A DNA stretch of 63,999 bases, filler included, from Rhabdomonas costata (GCA_019059605.1; 38 parts of 38 records of this genome joined end to end with filler, not necessarily neighbours in it); one strand, 5' to 3'; positions 37,605 through 50,507 are shown, counted from the first letter of the whole stretch. Notes: generated by a model from the letters alone, not told the origin. Made by a program: numbers and translations.

Positions 37605-37817
37605 TGCTTGTCTCCATCAATACGGCAGCCGCGTATTTCTTGCTGGGTGGTTCGAAGAAATGTTCCACCAACCCTTCTGATGCTCGAAGCAAAAAAAAAA
37701 AGGGAGGGGCAGACAGAGCTATAGGACCCCAGGTTAGGGGCGGCTTTTCTTTTCTTTCCATCATCGCTCTCCTTCACTTGTGTGTCAACTGTCCCTAAGT
37801 CAAAGAAGAACACCCAT

Positions 37818-37854
<37 letters not shown>

Positions 37855-40493
37855 GTGGCCGCCGTGAATGCTGTCCGCACAGTCGACGTGGCAGCTCACT
37901 CCGCACTCCGCACAGGTGAACTGTTGTTGTGAAGGCGTGTTGGTGGGTGGGTAGGCGACCCTGTCCATGACTCAGTCGCGCTCTTGGTATGGTTGGGTTG
38001 TCCCTTCGCATGAACGAGCGACAAGGAGAGACAGAAGTGCCAAGTTCAGCAATGAGAATCAAGCAGAACAGGAGGAAAGCACTGAAGGTTCACGGGGAGC
38101 ACCTTGGGATGTTGGCACGGCATGGCGCACTTGATGCATGTGTTGTCGGCAGCACGGCCTGCGAGGCAAAGCGAAAGCAGCGCGCATGAGCGTGTTCACT
38201 GAGTAAACGTGTGAGCAAGGGTGGGTGTGGCCTTTGGGTGGTGAGGTGACGGTGTGAGCAAAATGGAGCAGGAGGGAGACTAAGGTCTACGGCATTTTAC
38301 CTCCAGGAGCTCAGGACAGCCATTTATAGCAATGAATTGGACTAATGATCCGGGCATGCGAAAGGTGTCGGCTTACAGAATTAGTTCGTCCACCACCTAT
38401 CAGTCTCGCCCTCCCCGCACTGTTCTTCTCACCCATAAAGGCTCTCATCGCCTCCGCGTTAATCAACGGCAGGACAGCGCGAGAAACCGATGCCGCTCAT
38501 CCAGCATAGGATTGCTGACTCTTGCCTCTGCCCTTCTTGCTCGAATTCCTCACCAGACGTTTTTCTGCACTGGGGCACGCTGTGCTTTGCTTCAAAGTCT
38601 TCAGTTGGGGCCGGGGGAGGGGGACGGCACAGGAGAGGAAGGGACACCAACCGTCGTGCCCACCGCAGAGCTCCGCCTTCCCTCCCTCCTCTATCGACCC
38701 CACACANNNNNNNNNNNNNNNNNNNNNNNNNNNNNNNNNNNNNNNNNNNNTTAATTAATTAANNNNNNNNNNNNNNNNNNNNNNNNNNNNNNNNNNNNNN
38801 NNNNNNGTTGTGGGGCAGCCCGTATAGAAAAGAAGACCAAAAGACATCTTGAGGAAAGGAATGACAAGGTATTGAGTTGAGGCAAACTTGTTTCGTTGAG
38901 ATCACAGGTCTTGGGACTCCCGTAACAGAAGTAAGGGAGAAGGGAAGGTGAAAAATTTTAGAATAATGGCTTCTCCGGAAACATTTTTGGATTTGGATCT
39001 TTCAGGTCTTTTCAATGGATCTTCACCAAAAAGGAAAGAAACACGGCCGGGTGGCTGCAAGTGTATTGACTCATTTGCAACGGAAAATTTTTTATGAAAA
39101 GAAGAATCAGGAAATTTCAGGTGCAAGCACGACACGGGGCGAAACATAAACCAATGATTGTGGGATCCAGCCAGTAACCAAAACCAGCACGCTTTTTTTA
39201 ATTCGAATGGAATGGCATGGAATGGAACGCTGTGCTGGAATAGCATCGATTACGCAACCACCGCAAAAAGAAGACTGGGGAGCTGCGGCAAAAACTAGCA
39301 TACTTTACAGCACAAGAGATGTTCGAAAATGCACATGCCCCACAGGGGAGGGCGAGAAGCAAGCAGCCGTCCGCAGACGCCGGACCAAATGAGCAAATAG
39401 TACTTGGAGAATGCCAATACCAAAGAAAAAATAACGGCTTGCTCCCGTCACCATTACACGCACATCGAATAAGGAAGATGAAAGCTTGGCAAAGCCAGAA
39501 GCCCCCCACCACTGGAAAGCACAGGTGCAGGTGTGTGTGCGTACACGTGTGCGGGAGGCCGTGGGGGAGGCAATACAATGGTACAACGCGTGCACCCCCG
39601 CCTTCACCGTGGACGGCGCGAAGAGACTCGGGTTGGCTGCTACATTCAACAGGCTGTCCATCAACATGAAGTAATATGGAATCAAAGGGGCCCCCCATAA
39701 GCACCCTCCGACTGGCCAAGGGGAGCCGAGGGCGACACTCGGACGGCTGCAAGGAGCCCAAGAGTTAAGACAGAAAGGGCGGAACTACCGGGTGTCCCAT
39801 ATTACATACCCCAATGTCCCAATATGATTTTTGAATAAAAGCTTGCTCCAAGCTTCAGACCCGAGGGTAGGGTATGCGTTGGCTTGCAGTTGGTATGCCA
39901 TTTTTTCTATAGCTTGGGGGGCCTGCGTTCCGTTTCGTTTGCAGAGTTTCTCTAATTTTCCCGAAACAACCACAAAGACATTCGAACACAATGGTTTGGG
40001 AGGTTTTCCTGCTCCCCTTTGCATTTTTAGTATATTTCCTGACCTCAAGCTTGCCACGCGGCCAAGGGCACACCAGACAAAAAGGCAGTGGAGCACCATG
40101 CAACCCCACGGCAACCTCAGAACAAAGGGCCTGTGTCTATATTGGAACATTTTATATGGGACACGTCGAACTAATTCAGAAACTGGCAATGCCCGCTCAA
40201 AAACAACGCCAGGTGGTAATCAGCACCATCCAATCCATGCCATGATTGGGTTGGAAGGAGCGTGGCGACGGACAACCTGACTCAAGCGTGCAAGTGCGGC
40301 TGATTGTATAAGCGAGCATCAATATATGACTTCTCTTTTCTTATTTATCTTCCTGCAGTTCTGGCTGACAGGTTTAGAAACCCCCAACCCCACNNNNNNN
40401 NNNNNNNNNNNNNNNNNNNNNNNNNNNNNNNNNNNNNTTAATTAATTAANNNNNNNNNNNNNNNNNNNNNNNNNNNNNNNNNNNNNNNNNNNN

Positions 40494-40740
40494 GGTTGGG
40501 TGGTCGAGGCTCCCTTGGGTGAGCTCAAACAGCCCCTGAGCGGTTGTAGTTGGAAAGTGAGAGGAGAGTTTGCGGTTCAGACAGCGCTGGCAACAAAAAT
40601 CACAAGGCGGGTGGGCTCCAAGAAAACTAACCGAATGACCGACACCAACTGCGACCATGCGAGCAACAATCCCGGGGAGCTCCTTGCCTAGTGCCCAGTT
40701 AAGAAGGTTCGCAGATACCGATACTCCATGTTATGGTTGC
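40494..40740 (+). mobile_element. Possible decayed pre-endonuclease CCHC region of a CRE-like element
   Basis: WVVEAP...EFAVQTALATKI...NCDH..NPGELLA*CP...RYRYSML has the spacing of W..A.P...F...RL...C..C...G.H...C...RH. Contains an in-frame stop. Confidence 0.25.
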
Positions 40741-40923
40741 AACGGGGACCTTCGCATGTGCTGAATATCACGGGTTTTTTTTAGACGATTCAGATCTGCC
40801 GATCTCTCGCTGCAGACGAGGCTGCAGGTAGCACTGCTCCACAAGCTCTCATCTGTTGAATTCCCAAATTCAGCTATTCCACATCAAAAAACTGAGAATC
40901 GAAAAGGTACAGGTAGAGAGCAC

Positions 40924-41081
40924 CTTTTCGAAAAGCTCTGCCAGCTGAACAAGCACCGGCCGCGGCACGCGCTTCCACGCGTACACCACCAGCTCCTCGT
41001 CCAGCAGGGTGTGCCCAACGTGGGCGTCGGGGTAGCTCCGCCCCGAGAGATACAGCTCCGCTCGCGGGAAATCTGCGGAGT
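40924..41081 (-). CDS. Internal exon of an unknown protein
   Basis: TTTTTCTTTTCCAG acceptor and AAG|GTGC donor. Encodes SADFPRAELYLSGRSYPDAHVGHTLLDEELVVYAWKRVPRPVLVQLAELFEK. Confidence 0.65.
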
Positions 41082-43614
41082 CTGGAAAAGAAAAACACGG
41101 CAAGACGTTCGTTGCGCTGCGATTATGATTTATGAGAGGAACGGGGTACTTGGGACCCTCTGCGGCAACAAATTCTAGGTGGCATATCTGCCAGAGCCAT
41201 AATTAGCTGCACAAAAGGAAAAGCAGTGTGTGCGGTGAAGGCAATAAGGTAAGCTCCATTGAGGGGCTGTTTCGTAACAACTTGCACAGCATGAGCTGGA
41301 TCTACGCTGTTTCATGACCCCTTGTGCGCAGTGTAATGAGAATGACGGGAACGCAGGTTGTTTTGGTATTGGCCTCAACAGGGAAAGAGCCCTGCCGGAT
41401 TCACCGTTGCGCAGAACTTCACCAAGGCTTCGCTTCAAGGTAAAAGGCAACGCACACACACAATTTTGTTCTTAAGAAGGGGAAGGGAGGAAAGTTCCGA
41501 TGAAGGGCAGAATGATGATGATGCCCCAAGGTGGGGTATCCCCCCCGGTGTGGGGCGCCCGTTATTGCGATGGGAGTCCTCCCTCCCTCCCTCTCCCCCA
41601 GAAGAACTCTCTTAATCACGCCAAGCCACGACGAAACAGGCAATGCACGACAATGTCGGGCAAAACATCATAAATGCCACGTGTCCAAAGGCCGACACAC
41701 CAGCCGATCATTTTGATCTTCACCAGAGACAATGAGCATTCAAAACGAGAACCAAAATGGAGCGAGTGTCAGCTCTATATATTAGAAAAGGGTGTAGAAG
41801 CATGAAGAGAAGAACAAACAAGCAACATCTTTAGCCTTTTACCCTTGTGATGCCAAAGTGAAAATTGAGGGTTTTCGACTATTGCTATTGATTGGAACAG
41901 CTGGTTGCCATTGGTTGCCATGGTTGCGATTGTTCGGAACAGCTGCATCGGCGAGCACCGTTGACCGCAAGGTGAGGGTTACTGCAATACAGACTCTTGA
42001 TTCCGGTTTGTAGGAATCTCACCGCTCACCCTTCCGCTCGCAATCCACCTTTCGGACAGCCTTAACCCCAAAACGAGANNNNNNNNNNNNNNNNNNNNNN
42101 NNNNNNNNNNNNNNNNNNNNNNTTAATTAATTAANNNNNNNNNNNNNNNNNNNNNNNNNNNNNNNNNNNNNNNNNNNNGTTTTGTTTGATGCTTCTCAGG
42201 AGTGAAGCGTTGATTCCGCAGAGCTGAGGAGATCCCTGATCAAGGCGGGCGTACTTCCTCAGTGGAGGGTCGCTATAGCACGTGTATGCGTCTGCATGTG
42301 TGTTAGGGCGGGTGTCTTGGGGTGAAGGTGTGCCTTTACTAACCTTCCCAAGCTTTGATTTCAGATTTCAACAGGGCGCTGAGTGATGTATGATGGTTTG
42401 AGCGGAGTATGATGTCAAGGGCATTTGCCAGAGAGATGCAATAGACGATGGTCACCGTAGAGCCAAGATACTTTTTTCATCAACTGTTTTGCGTTGGTTG
42501 TGCGACACAGACATAAGGAGGAGGAAAGGATGCAGTCAAATGAGTTGAAACAGAGCGGGCCGAGCGACGTTCAAGTTAGGAGTATACGTATAGGGGGAAA
42601 CCTGACGCCGCGATTGCGATCAATGCAAACCATTGCAGAGGGGGTTGTGAAAGGGATTAAGAGGTTGCTAGAATGTGGTGCAGAAATACAGGGTACATGC
42701 AGCAGACGAAGCACAGGCTTCGGAGCAACTGCGGGTCAGATGTTCAGTCATACCAAAAAACATCGTCGTTGCAGGAGGCTGCAAAGCTAGTGGAGCATTG
42801 TCAGAGATTTAACACCCGAGCCCGTGAGTGCTGGTGTATTAAGACAGTGGCAGAGGAAAAGACGCGAGATGCAATTGTACTTTGTTTGGTTTCAAGCAGA
42901 GCGGAGCAGGCGAACACAGGGTACAAGAACATGCGACGGTATAAAAGGCAACGGGCAACAAGCACCGCGAGTGATCGGAAGGGTGACATATAGAGCGGAT
43001 TCAGCGGTCCACAAAGCATGAAAAGCTGGGCGGTGATGGTACTGCTGACTACCAGCAATAATATTTCCTCTGAGGAGAAAACCGGGTTGGTAGCAAAGGG
43101 AAATAAGCAGTTTCCTGCTTACTGTTGAGGGGTAAGCTTTATGCTGGGTCTCCCAATTCGCCTCTTAGGTGCTCAGGAGAGCCGTCTATAAGCTCCTGGA
43201 GGCGAAGCACTACCTTTCCAGCGCGCAATAACATGTGGTCTCATTCGGAAGTGCACCACCGACGCCCGTCCTCTACTCGAGAGTATGGGCACCTCCCCTC
43301 CCCTCGCCCGGCCAAGCTCCTCTCACATCGGCCTGCTCTGTGAAGCCTTCCTCCGAAGCCAGTGCAGATAGGATGTCGCCACAAGCCGAGGTCAGCGCTG
43401 GTTTCCAAATCCATATGTACTTCAAGCGCAATAACTTCATTCAGCACCAGACCTTGCTCGAGCAACTTTTTCCGGATTCCAGCCGCCGGCCGCAAAACAA
43501 AAAGCAGCTCATGTGCACGCTCGTATGTCAGTAATTCTCCGGGACTGTGAGATTCGTCACGACGCTGTCCTTTTGACATGGGGCAGAGAGGGTTGAAAAG
43601 GGGGTCGCACGCAC

Positions 43615-43727
43615 CGCCCTGTGCCAGCTGAGGACAATTGCTGGCACGAAGGCCAGGTTGGACAGCACCAGGCAGGCCGCCGTCAGGGCATAGTCATACT
43701 TCGAGGTCTGGGTGGCGCAGTCCCAGC
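43615..43727 (-). CDS. Exon of a TMEM8/PGAP6 (myomaker-family, DUF3522)-like membrane protein
   Basis: GWDCATQTSKYDYALTAACLVLSNLAFVPAIVLSWHRA matches the GWxC...LxLSNLxFxPxI junction between the EGF-like end and TM1. GT-AG bounded. Confidence 0.7.
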
Positions 43728-43865
43728 CTGACAAGACGCATCCCTCACCACTGTTCCACCCCACCNNNNNNNNNNNNNNNNNNNNNNNNNNNNNNNNNNN
43801 NNNNNNNNNTTAATTAATTAANNNNNNNNNNNNNNNNNNNNNNNNNNNNNNNNNNNNNNNNNNNN

Positions 43866-43948
43866 TTTTTTGGTTTGGGGCCTGTTTTTGTGGGTGCCCT
43901 TGAGTGACGCTTAAGGGCACCCACAAAAACAGGCCTCAAAGCGAAAAA
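43866..43948. repeat. Contig-terminal fold-back
   Basis: Inverted arms of ~36 bp from the contig start. Confidence 0.8.
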
Positions 43949-45250
43949 CAGCACTTCATCAGCGTCGCGGTGCCGTCGTACACGCTCCCGCAAAACGTGC
44001 AACGATGCACCTCAATCGAACGTTTCGCATCAGATGAAATTCACAAGTTAGTCTGCGCACCCTTTGACTCCAGATGCCGAAAAATGCGATCATCTGGCTC
44101 TCACCGGTGCGGGCATTCGAATCGCTAAAGAAGAATTCAGGAAAGCCAGGCGATGTAGCCCACTGACGAAGAGCCAACACGTTGGCAACCTTCACGAGAC
44201 AGGTCCAGGTGCCCTTCCACGCCTGGAGCTAACGCCATTTAGGAGCCCCTGAAAACATCCATAAGAAAAAGTCTAAGGCCACTGTAAATTCAGCGAACTC
44301 CAAAAAGAAAGCGATCTGCGCACTCAGAGTTCCCAAATGTCCACGGAGAAGGACATTCGTCTCAGGGAGGTGACGGAAGAGAAGTCGGTTTGCTGAGGAA
44401 AGAAAAGATAAACTACGACAAAGGCAAAAAAGGGACAGAACGAAAACACCCAAAGAGCAAAACCGTGCGTATCTGCGCACCTTATGACACCAAATGTCGA
44501 GTCGTGCGAACATCTGGCTCTTAGAGGTGCGATGATAAAAACCCTAGCCTTTCAGTACAAAATCAAGCAAGCGAGAGACAGCAACCACTCGGGACAGGAG
44601 GTAAGGCGTGGGGCAAAAAGAGAGAAAGGGATAAATCCGTTGGATGGGGGGGGGGAGTTGGATGCCGGGCCGGCCTCTTACCAACTTTCTGTGCGGATTG
44701 CCCTTGAACCTCCCTCCAGGGCCAACAAGAAAACAGATCTTAGCAGCGAAAAACAGCACTTCACATGGCGGAAGAGTCGCACGAACCCCGGGGTGTGCGT
44801 GTGTGGGGTGCGGGGGGGAGTGAACCGCCAAGAAGAAAGAAGCCATCTTAATGACGTGGTCCGAGAGAGCGCGTGACGGAAAGGTCCTGCAGCCCAAAAT
44901 GCCCAACCCGTGCAAACAGCTGCTGTCGGACGTATGGCGAGAGTGCACGAGGGAAACAGCATCCGCAGCATAAAAGCACAATGGCATGGTCTCTGTTTCG
45001 ACACCATCAGAAGGTATGCATGCATTGCTTGAAACATTTTGTACGCACGTCATATGCATTTATTTGATGCACACGCGGTGGCACACGTGGTGCTAAACAT
45101 GGCCCAGAAGAAGAAGAAGAAGAAAACCAAAATCACTCCACCAGTCCCCGCACTCCAAAAGAAAAGCAATCTGCGCACTCAGTGTCCCCAAATGCCCACA
45201 GAAAAGGGCATTCGGATCTCATGGAGGCGACAATTAGAAAATCGTCTTCG
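43915..45250 (+). repeat. Complex diverged direct repeats
   Basis: Paired blocks at ~43915/~44718 (GCGAAAAACAGCACTTCA), ~44052/~44472 and ~44297/~45152. TCTGCGCAC occurs four times. Confidence 0.75.
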
Positions 45251-47009
45251 AAGAAAGAAACCCGCTGCAACCGCTAATGGAAGCTGAAGAAAAAACGGAG
45301 ACGATGACCAGGCAAAGGAAATGAAACCAGTCTTTCCTGATCTTCGCTCACCTTGCCACAACATCGGCAAGATTCGCAATACAAATCTCACTGGAAAACC
45401 TTTCAGGGTTGAACCCAGTGTGCCGCTGCGGTCGCCCAAGGCCAACACAAAANNNNNNNNNNNNNNNNNNNNNNNNNNNNNNNNNNNNNNNNNNNNTTAA
45501 TTAATTAANNNNNNNNNNNNNNNNNNNNNNNNNNNNNNNNNNNNNNNNNNNNGTTGGGGGAAAGGGCTCTGGGGTTTGGGGTCAGCGAGCGGTGGTGCGC
45601 GGGCTCGGCAGGAAGGCCTGACGAAGCTGTCGTCAGTCGAGAGGTGCGGTCAGGGGTCCGAGAGCGGTCAGGAGCATCCAGAGCTGCACGGGAGACGTCC
45701 GGGGAGAGTGCTTCGGGATTTGGGGGCGCCAAGAGCTGGGCTGGCTCCATCGGGGGAGCAGAGGGACTCAAGGCCCCACAGGGGGACCGATTCACGTTGG
45801 CTTCACCGGAGGGGGGTGACAAGAGTGCAGGGATGCTCAGATGAGCCGGCGGCGAATTGATTGGGTTTACTTCTGCAGGGGCCGATGGACATTTGGAGGG
45901 GTTTGGAGTGAACGAAGGGCTATTGAGAATCACAGCTGACCCACATACGGGCGCTGACCCACCCGTGGGGTAGCTGAGGCCAAGGCAGGGTGCGTTGGTC
46001 CAGCTGACCACACGGGCGGTGGGCACCACGGGAGTGCGGCTGCATTGGTGGGGCCGAGGCGCGGGCACTCCGGCGGGACTTTGGACAAGGGGTGCACTAG
46101 AGAATCCTCTAGGCGAGGCGAAGTAGGCAGGCGGCGAGGAGAACCTGTGCCCAATAAAGCACATTGGTCAACAAGTGCTAATGACGGGCTGAGGTTGCTG
46201 GTAGCAGACTTTTCCTCAAAACATTTGCACCCAAACGTGCACTTGCTCCAAGAGAGCAAATTAATCCAGGCATATTGCAGAACCGGGCGAGAACATCTCT
46301 GCGGCTTCATCAAAGTTGATAATCTTTCTCTAGAAAACTATATTTTGTACTGGGCACCCCAAACCTTGCGGACTGATCACCATATGAAATGAAATGAAAT
46401 GAAATGACGCCAGATAAATGTTCCAACACAGCCACGTTGCCGCCCCAGCCACCTGCTGCTGCTGCTGCCTGCACCTTCTGACAAATGCCCCACTCGACCA
46501 CCACAGCAGAGCAACACGCTGGTGACCCCATTGTTCACCACTAACCACGCGTCCAACAGAAAATCAAGTAAAGCAGCGAACAGTGCAGAAGCGCACCCAG
46601 AAATCGAAGAAAGTGCGAACCCAGGGTTCGCCACCGCCGGCCAGGCAAGAACCGTGCTCCCGCGCTGCACCTGCCGTTCGCAGAAAGCGTTCAACAGAGC
46701 GCTATCTTGCTTCGGAATGGAGTTCAAATTGAGTTACTCACAGGATGATACCCACTGCTCCAGCGACTTGGCTCGGAAAAACAACACTGATAATGTGCAC
46801 CACAAATGGCCCATTGAATTAAGAATCATGTAAGCATGGCTGCTGCTTCTTGTGCCAAAGAAACGCCGCAGATGCAATATGCAGGTGTTTTCGGTGTGCG
46901 GGTAGTGGTGCGGGTCCTTGTCGTGTAAAAGGTAAAATCGCTAACCTTTCACATCACATGTGCCTTTTCTTCTCAAACCGGCGCCCAAAAAGCAATTTCT
47001 ACAGGTGAA

Positions 47010-47090
47010 GGGGGTAGTGAAGCAGACCGGATCGGGGGAAGGGGCACGTGGGGGTGCCAGAACCCCGATCCGGTCTGCTTCACTACCCCC
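47010..47090. repeat. Perfect 28-bp inverted repeat with a 25-nt loop
   Basis: 47010-47037 pairs with 47063-47090. Confidence 0.9.
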
Positions 47091-48925
47091 ATCTGTTCAC
47101 GCTCCTCTGTTTGTCGGCTCTTTCCCCTAACCCCCACACNNNNNNNNNNNNNNNNNNNNNNNNNNNNNNNNNNNNNNNNNNNNTTAATTAATTAANNNNN
47201 NNNNNNNNNNNNNNNNNNNNNNNNNNNNNNNNNNNNNNNGTGTTTTGGTAAGCAGATGGTGATCGGAATTTTTCTACCCGTTTTCAGACTTTTTTTTTCA
47301 TTTCGTTCCAATCATCCGATTCTCCCATGATGACACCCGCCTGATCTTGACTGAATATTCAAATTCGGTTGGGTTGCATCGCTGGAAAACAGAACTATTC
47401 TTTCAATCTCTCGAACGGCACCACCAGTTGGATTGTTCGGGTTGTGAACACTTGAACTTTACCCTTTTTCTCTGTTCGAAGATCAAGAAGCGCGCCCTCG
47501 AGCGTATTATCGAGCAAGTCTCGGCGAATTTCTTGGAGGTGTTGATATTCTGCGCTACACGATGATGCGGATCAAGGTGCTTGACTCAGCCCTTTCTTGA
47601 ACTTATGGCCTTATACTGTGGGTCGAATTAATTCTGTAAATGCCTCTTTAGGTGTAATGTAACGGGGCATACCATGCTTGTCCCGTGCGCTGCATTGTTT
47701 CTCCTTGTGTCGGTTTGTTCTGCTGATGAAAGTTTCGTCAGAAGCGCATGTCCTTTGACATTGTAGCCCGGGCTGGAGTGTTCAGTGTTTTTTCCCCTCT
47801 CTCATGCCTGCTGGACGAAACGCACAGAACAGCGATTTCTCGGATGTGATTGTGATGATTCTGAAGGTCAGAAGATAGTGGATTATCCTTATCATTTCAC
47901 AAACCATACTGGGTGAATGGTAGCATACATGCTTGAAATATGTGCGTTGCTTTGGCTAATGGATTGCCATTTCTTGAGTGGAGGAGTTAGGACACGATGT
48001 CACCTGTAGAATCTTCTTCCATTAGGGTTTTGTTCAAGCTTTTTTTTTGCATTGCATTTCAGTTCATCATTGCATTTCAGTTCATCATTGAAGTGCACAA
48101 AACAAGGTACACAATTACAGCATACGACTGACTTCGGAGATTTATCTGGTCTCTATCGGTGCGTTCCCTCCTGATTTGTTTTTTGGGTTTCAATCCTTTT
48201 CCACAGTTTTGCCTCTTCGCTTGGCTGTTTTTGCGTCCTCCTTGTTTTCGTCACTGGCCCCATCACCGTTCACCACCACTGCTGTGGTGGTTGGGGCGCT
48301 TGTATTGGGTGTACTGCTGCTGGTGGTGGCTGGTGGGTTTGCAATACGGCATCGAAGAAGTGTCGCTCGCGATGGTGTGCTGTGCCACCTTACATAAATT
48401 CCAGCTTTTGGGTCTTTTGATGGTTCGCCTTGACTCACCTGGGAAGGTCCTTTTTGGGTCCCTTGCAGGTCGGCTCACTGAGAATGAGCTGTGGTCATGG
48501 CACACCTGAGTGGGTGCATGCAAGTGCGTGCAAGTGCATGCAAGTTGGTTTGCAGCTGCCCTAGAGAGGCCTTTAAGCCGATTTAGGCTTTGCTGGCCTG
48601 GTAAACAGAGGAATACGCTGACACCTCAGAGGCGCCACTAGCTAGCCCGAACTTTTGTATGGTCCACCCTATAGGCAGGTCTTGGGGCCCTTGATGGGTT
48701 CTGGGCATTGGGGTACCCTGGTAAAGGGGTATAGCGGCGGGGTACCCCCGGCAGCCTGTTGTTTGTTTTGTCTGTTTTATGCGCCCTGGCATGATATCGC
48801 TAAGTTAACATATTCGACAGGGGTTNNNNNNNNNNNNNNNNNNNNNNNNNNNNNNNNNNNNNNNNNNNNTTAATTAATTAANNNNNNNNNNNNNNNNNNN
48901 NNNNNNNNNNNNNNNNNNNNNNNNN

Positions 48926-49056
48926 TGGTGTGACAAATGGTCTTTCCATTTCTTTCTCGTGAGCTTATAGGATCTACCTCGACATCCAACAAAAAGGGTT
49001 CGAGTTAGATCCTATAAGCTCACGAGAAAGAAATGGAAAGACCATTTGTCACTGTC
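48926..49056. repeat. Contig-terminal fold-back
   Basis: Perfect arms of ~46 bp, with imperfect pairing next to the loop. Confidence 0.9.
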
Positions 49057-49405
49057 ACCGCAATCACGCATCACCGCAAGGCCAAGGACGCCACGCAGGT
49101 CCGCAAATTATCGAGAAATAGGAAAATAACCAGTCACTGTCATCTTTTTCCTCTGCCCATCCAAGCGACAGAGGAACAGAAATCACAGAAGGAGGCTTTC
49201 TGCTCACTGGAAAATCTTACCAGACAATTGCCTGGAAATGAAATGCCCCCTAAGGGGCACGAACCGGCGTCGGCGTCGGTGCATATATTATTCAGTGCTC
49301 CATTTCGCTTCTCAGTTTTCCTCGACGTCTTTCCTTCGGACCGGCAGGCAGCTCGTGTACAGGGCAGTCAATTTGGCGTTGCCAATCAGAGGTGTACTCT
49401 GATTT

Positions 49406-50507
49406 TCAGGGCATCAGCAATTCCTGTGGCGTCGGCGTCTGCAAAAGCACAGGCAAAGGTGTGGGCGAAGGCGATGGGGACAAAGGATCTTTGGTATCAG
49501 GAGCGGGCAGCACGTCGAGCTGAACCCCTCCGGCACTGCCCCAGGCCCAGTGGCTTTTGAATATTTGCTCCACCTCCTCGATGGGCACGTTCTTCGTCTC
49601 TGGTACCAGCAAGTACACAAAGCAGGTCATCACCGCAACCCAGGCCCCAAAGAAGAAGAAGATGCCAAACTCCATGGCGCACAGCATGGAGAGGAAGCTC
49701 TGGCCAATCACAAAGATGGCCAGGAAGTTCACCAGCACGGCGATGCTGAAGGCCGCGGAGCGGGTCTCGAGGGGCTGGATCTCCGAGGGCACCAGGTAGC
49801 CTAGAGGTCCCCTAGGAAAAAACAGGGTGTGGGCGGAAGGGGGAAGCCGGGTTTCTCGTGTAAAGAAGGGTAAGCAAACGCGTCCTCAGATTCCCAGAAA
49901 TCGGCTTGACCCCAGGCTTAGGGGGTTGTTAAGTGAAGGGAGATAGGCGGATAGGCGCTATAGGCTGTCTTAAAGGTTGGCTGGACCACACCTATACCAA
50001 AGAACACCTATGCCTGGAACCCCTGAAGTCCCCAGGACCCGGCCATAGACGCCCACAAGTGGAGGCGAGCTGTTTAATGGTGCAGGTGGGTACGAGGCTG
50101 TACGAGCTATCCCACCCAGGACTAGGACTACTTTATGTATCCCGTGCATATTGGGGCTGCGTAGGCCCTGTGTGGGCTGAGATGGTATTGGTATAGCATA
50201 GCACAGCGCTGGGTTGACGCCGAGGCGTGACGCAATATGGGAACCTTAACCAAGCACACGCGCAGGGCATGTTTTCCTCCTTGAGTTACCCATTCGGGAA
50301 AAGGGACGGAACCTAGAGAAGAAAGCGTTTTGTCACGACTCTGGGTTGCGCAACAAACCAGCTCCATCCAAAGCCGGCCACAAATAGGCAAATCAATGCC
50401 AGCGCAGCCTTAACTGTGCTTTCGGGCAGTGCGTAGCCATGCTTGGCAAAGCCTGCCCCCAGCAGCGCTCCGATGATGACCTCACAGATCAGCATCTGCA
50501 CCCCACC
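49406..50507 (-). CDS. MFS sugar porter of the STP/HUP hexose-H+ symporter type, C-terminal half; exons ~50359-50507 and 49406-49811
   Basis: [13 protein letters not shown]...[32 protein letters not shown]...[16 protein letters not shown]...[12 protein letters not shown]...HWAW. Phase-2 GT-AG intron, stop at 49406. Confidence 0.95.

Noticed and set aside
42179-43100. N-terminal region of a CRE-like ORF (similarly 45553-46313)
   Set aside because: Only vague resemblance, with no diagnostic RT or zinc-finger motif intact.
47300-47760. BED-finger or hAT transposase relic (LHLKRHL)
   Set aside because: A single short match without the required Cys pair or a continuous frame.
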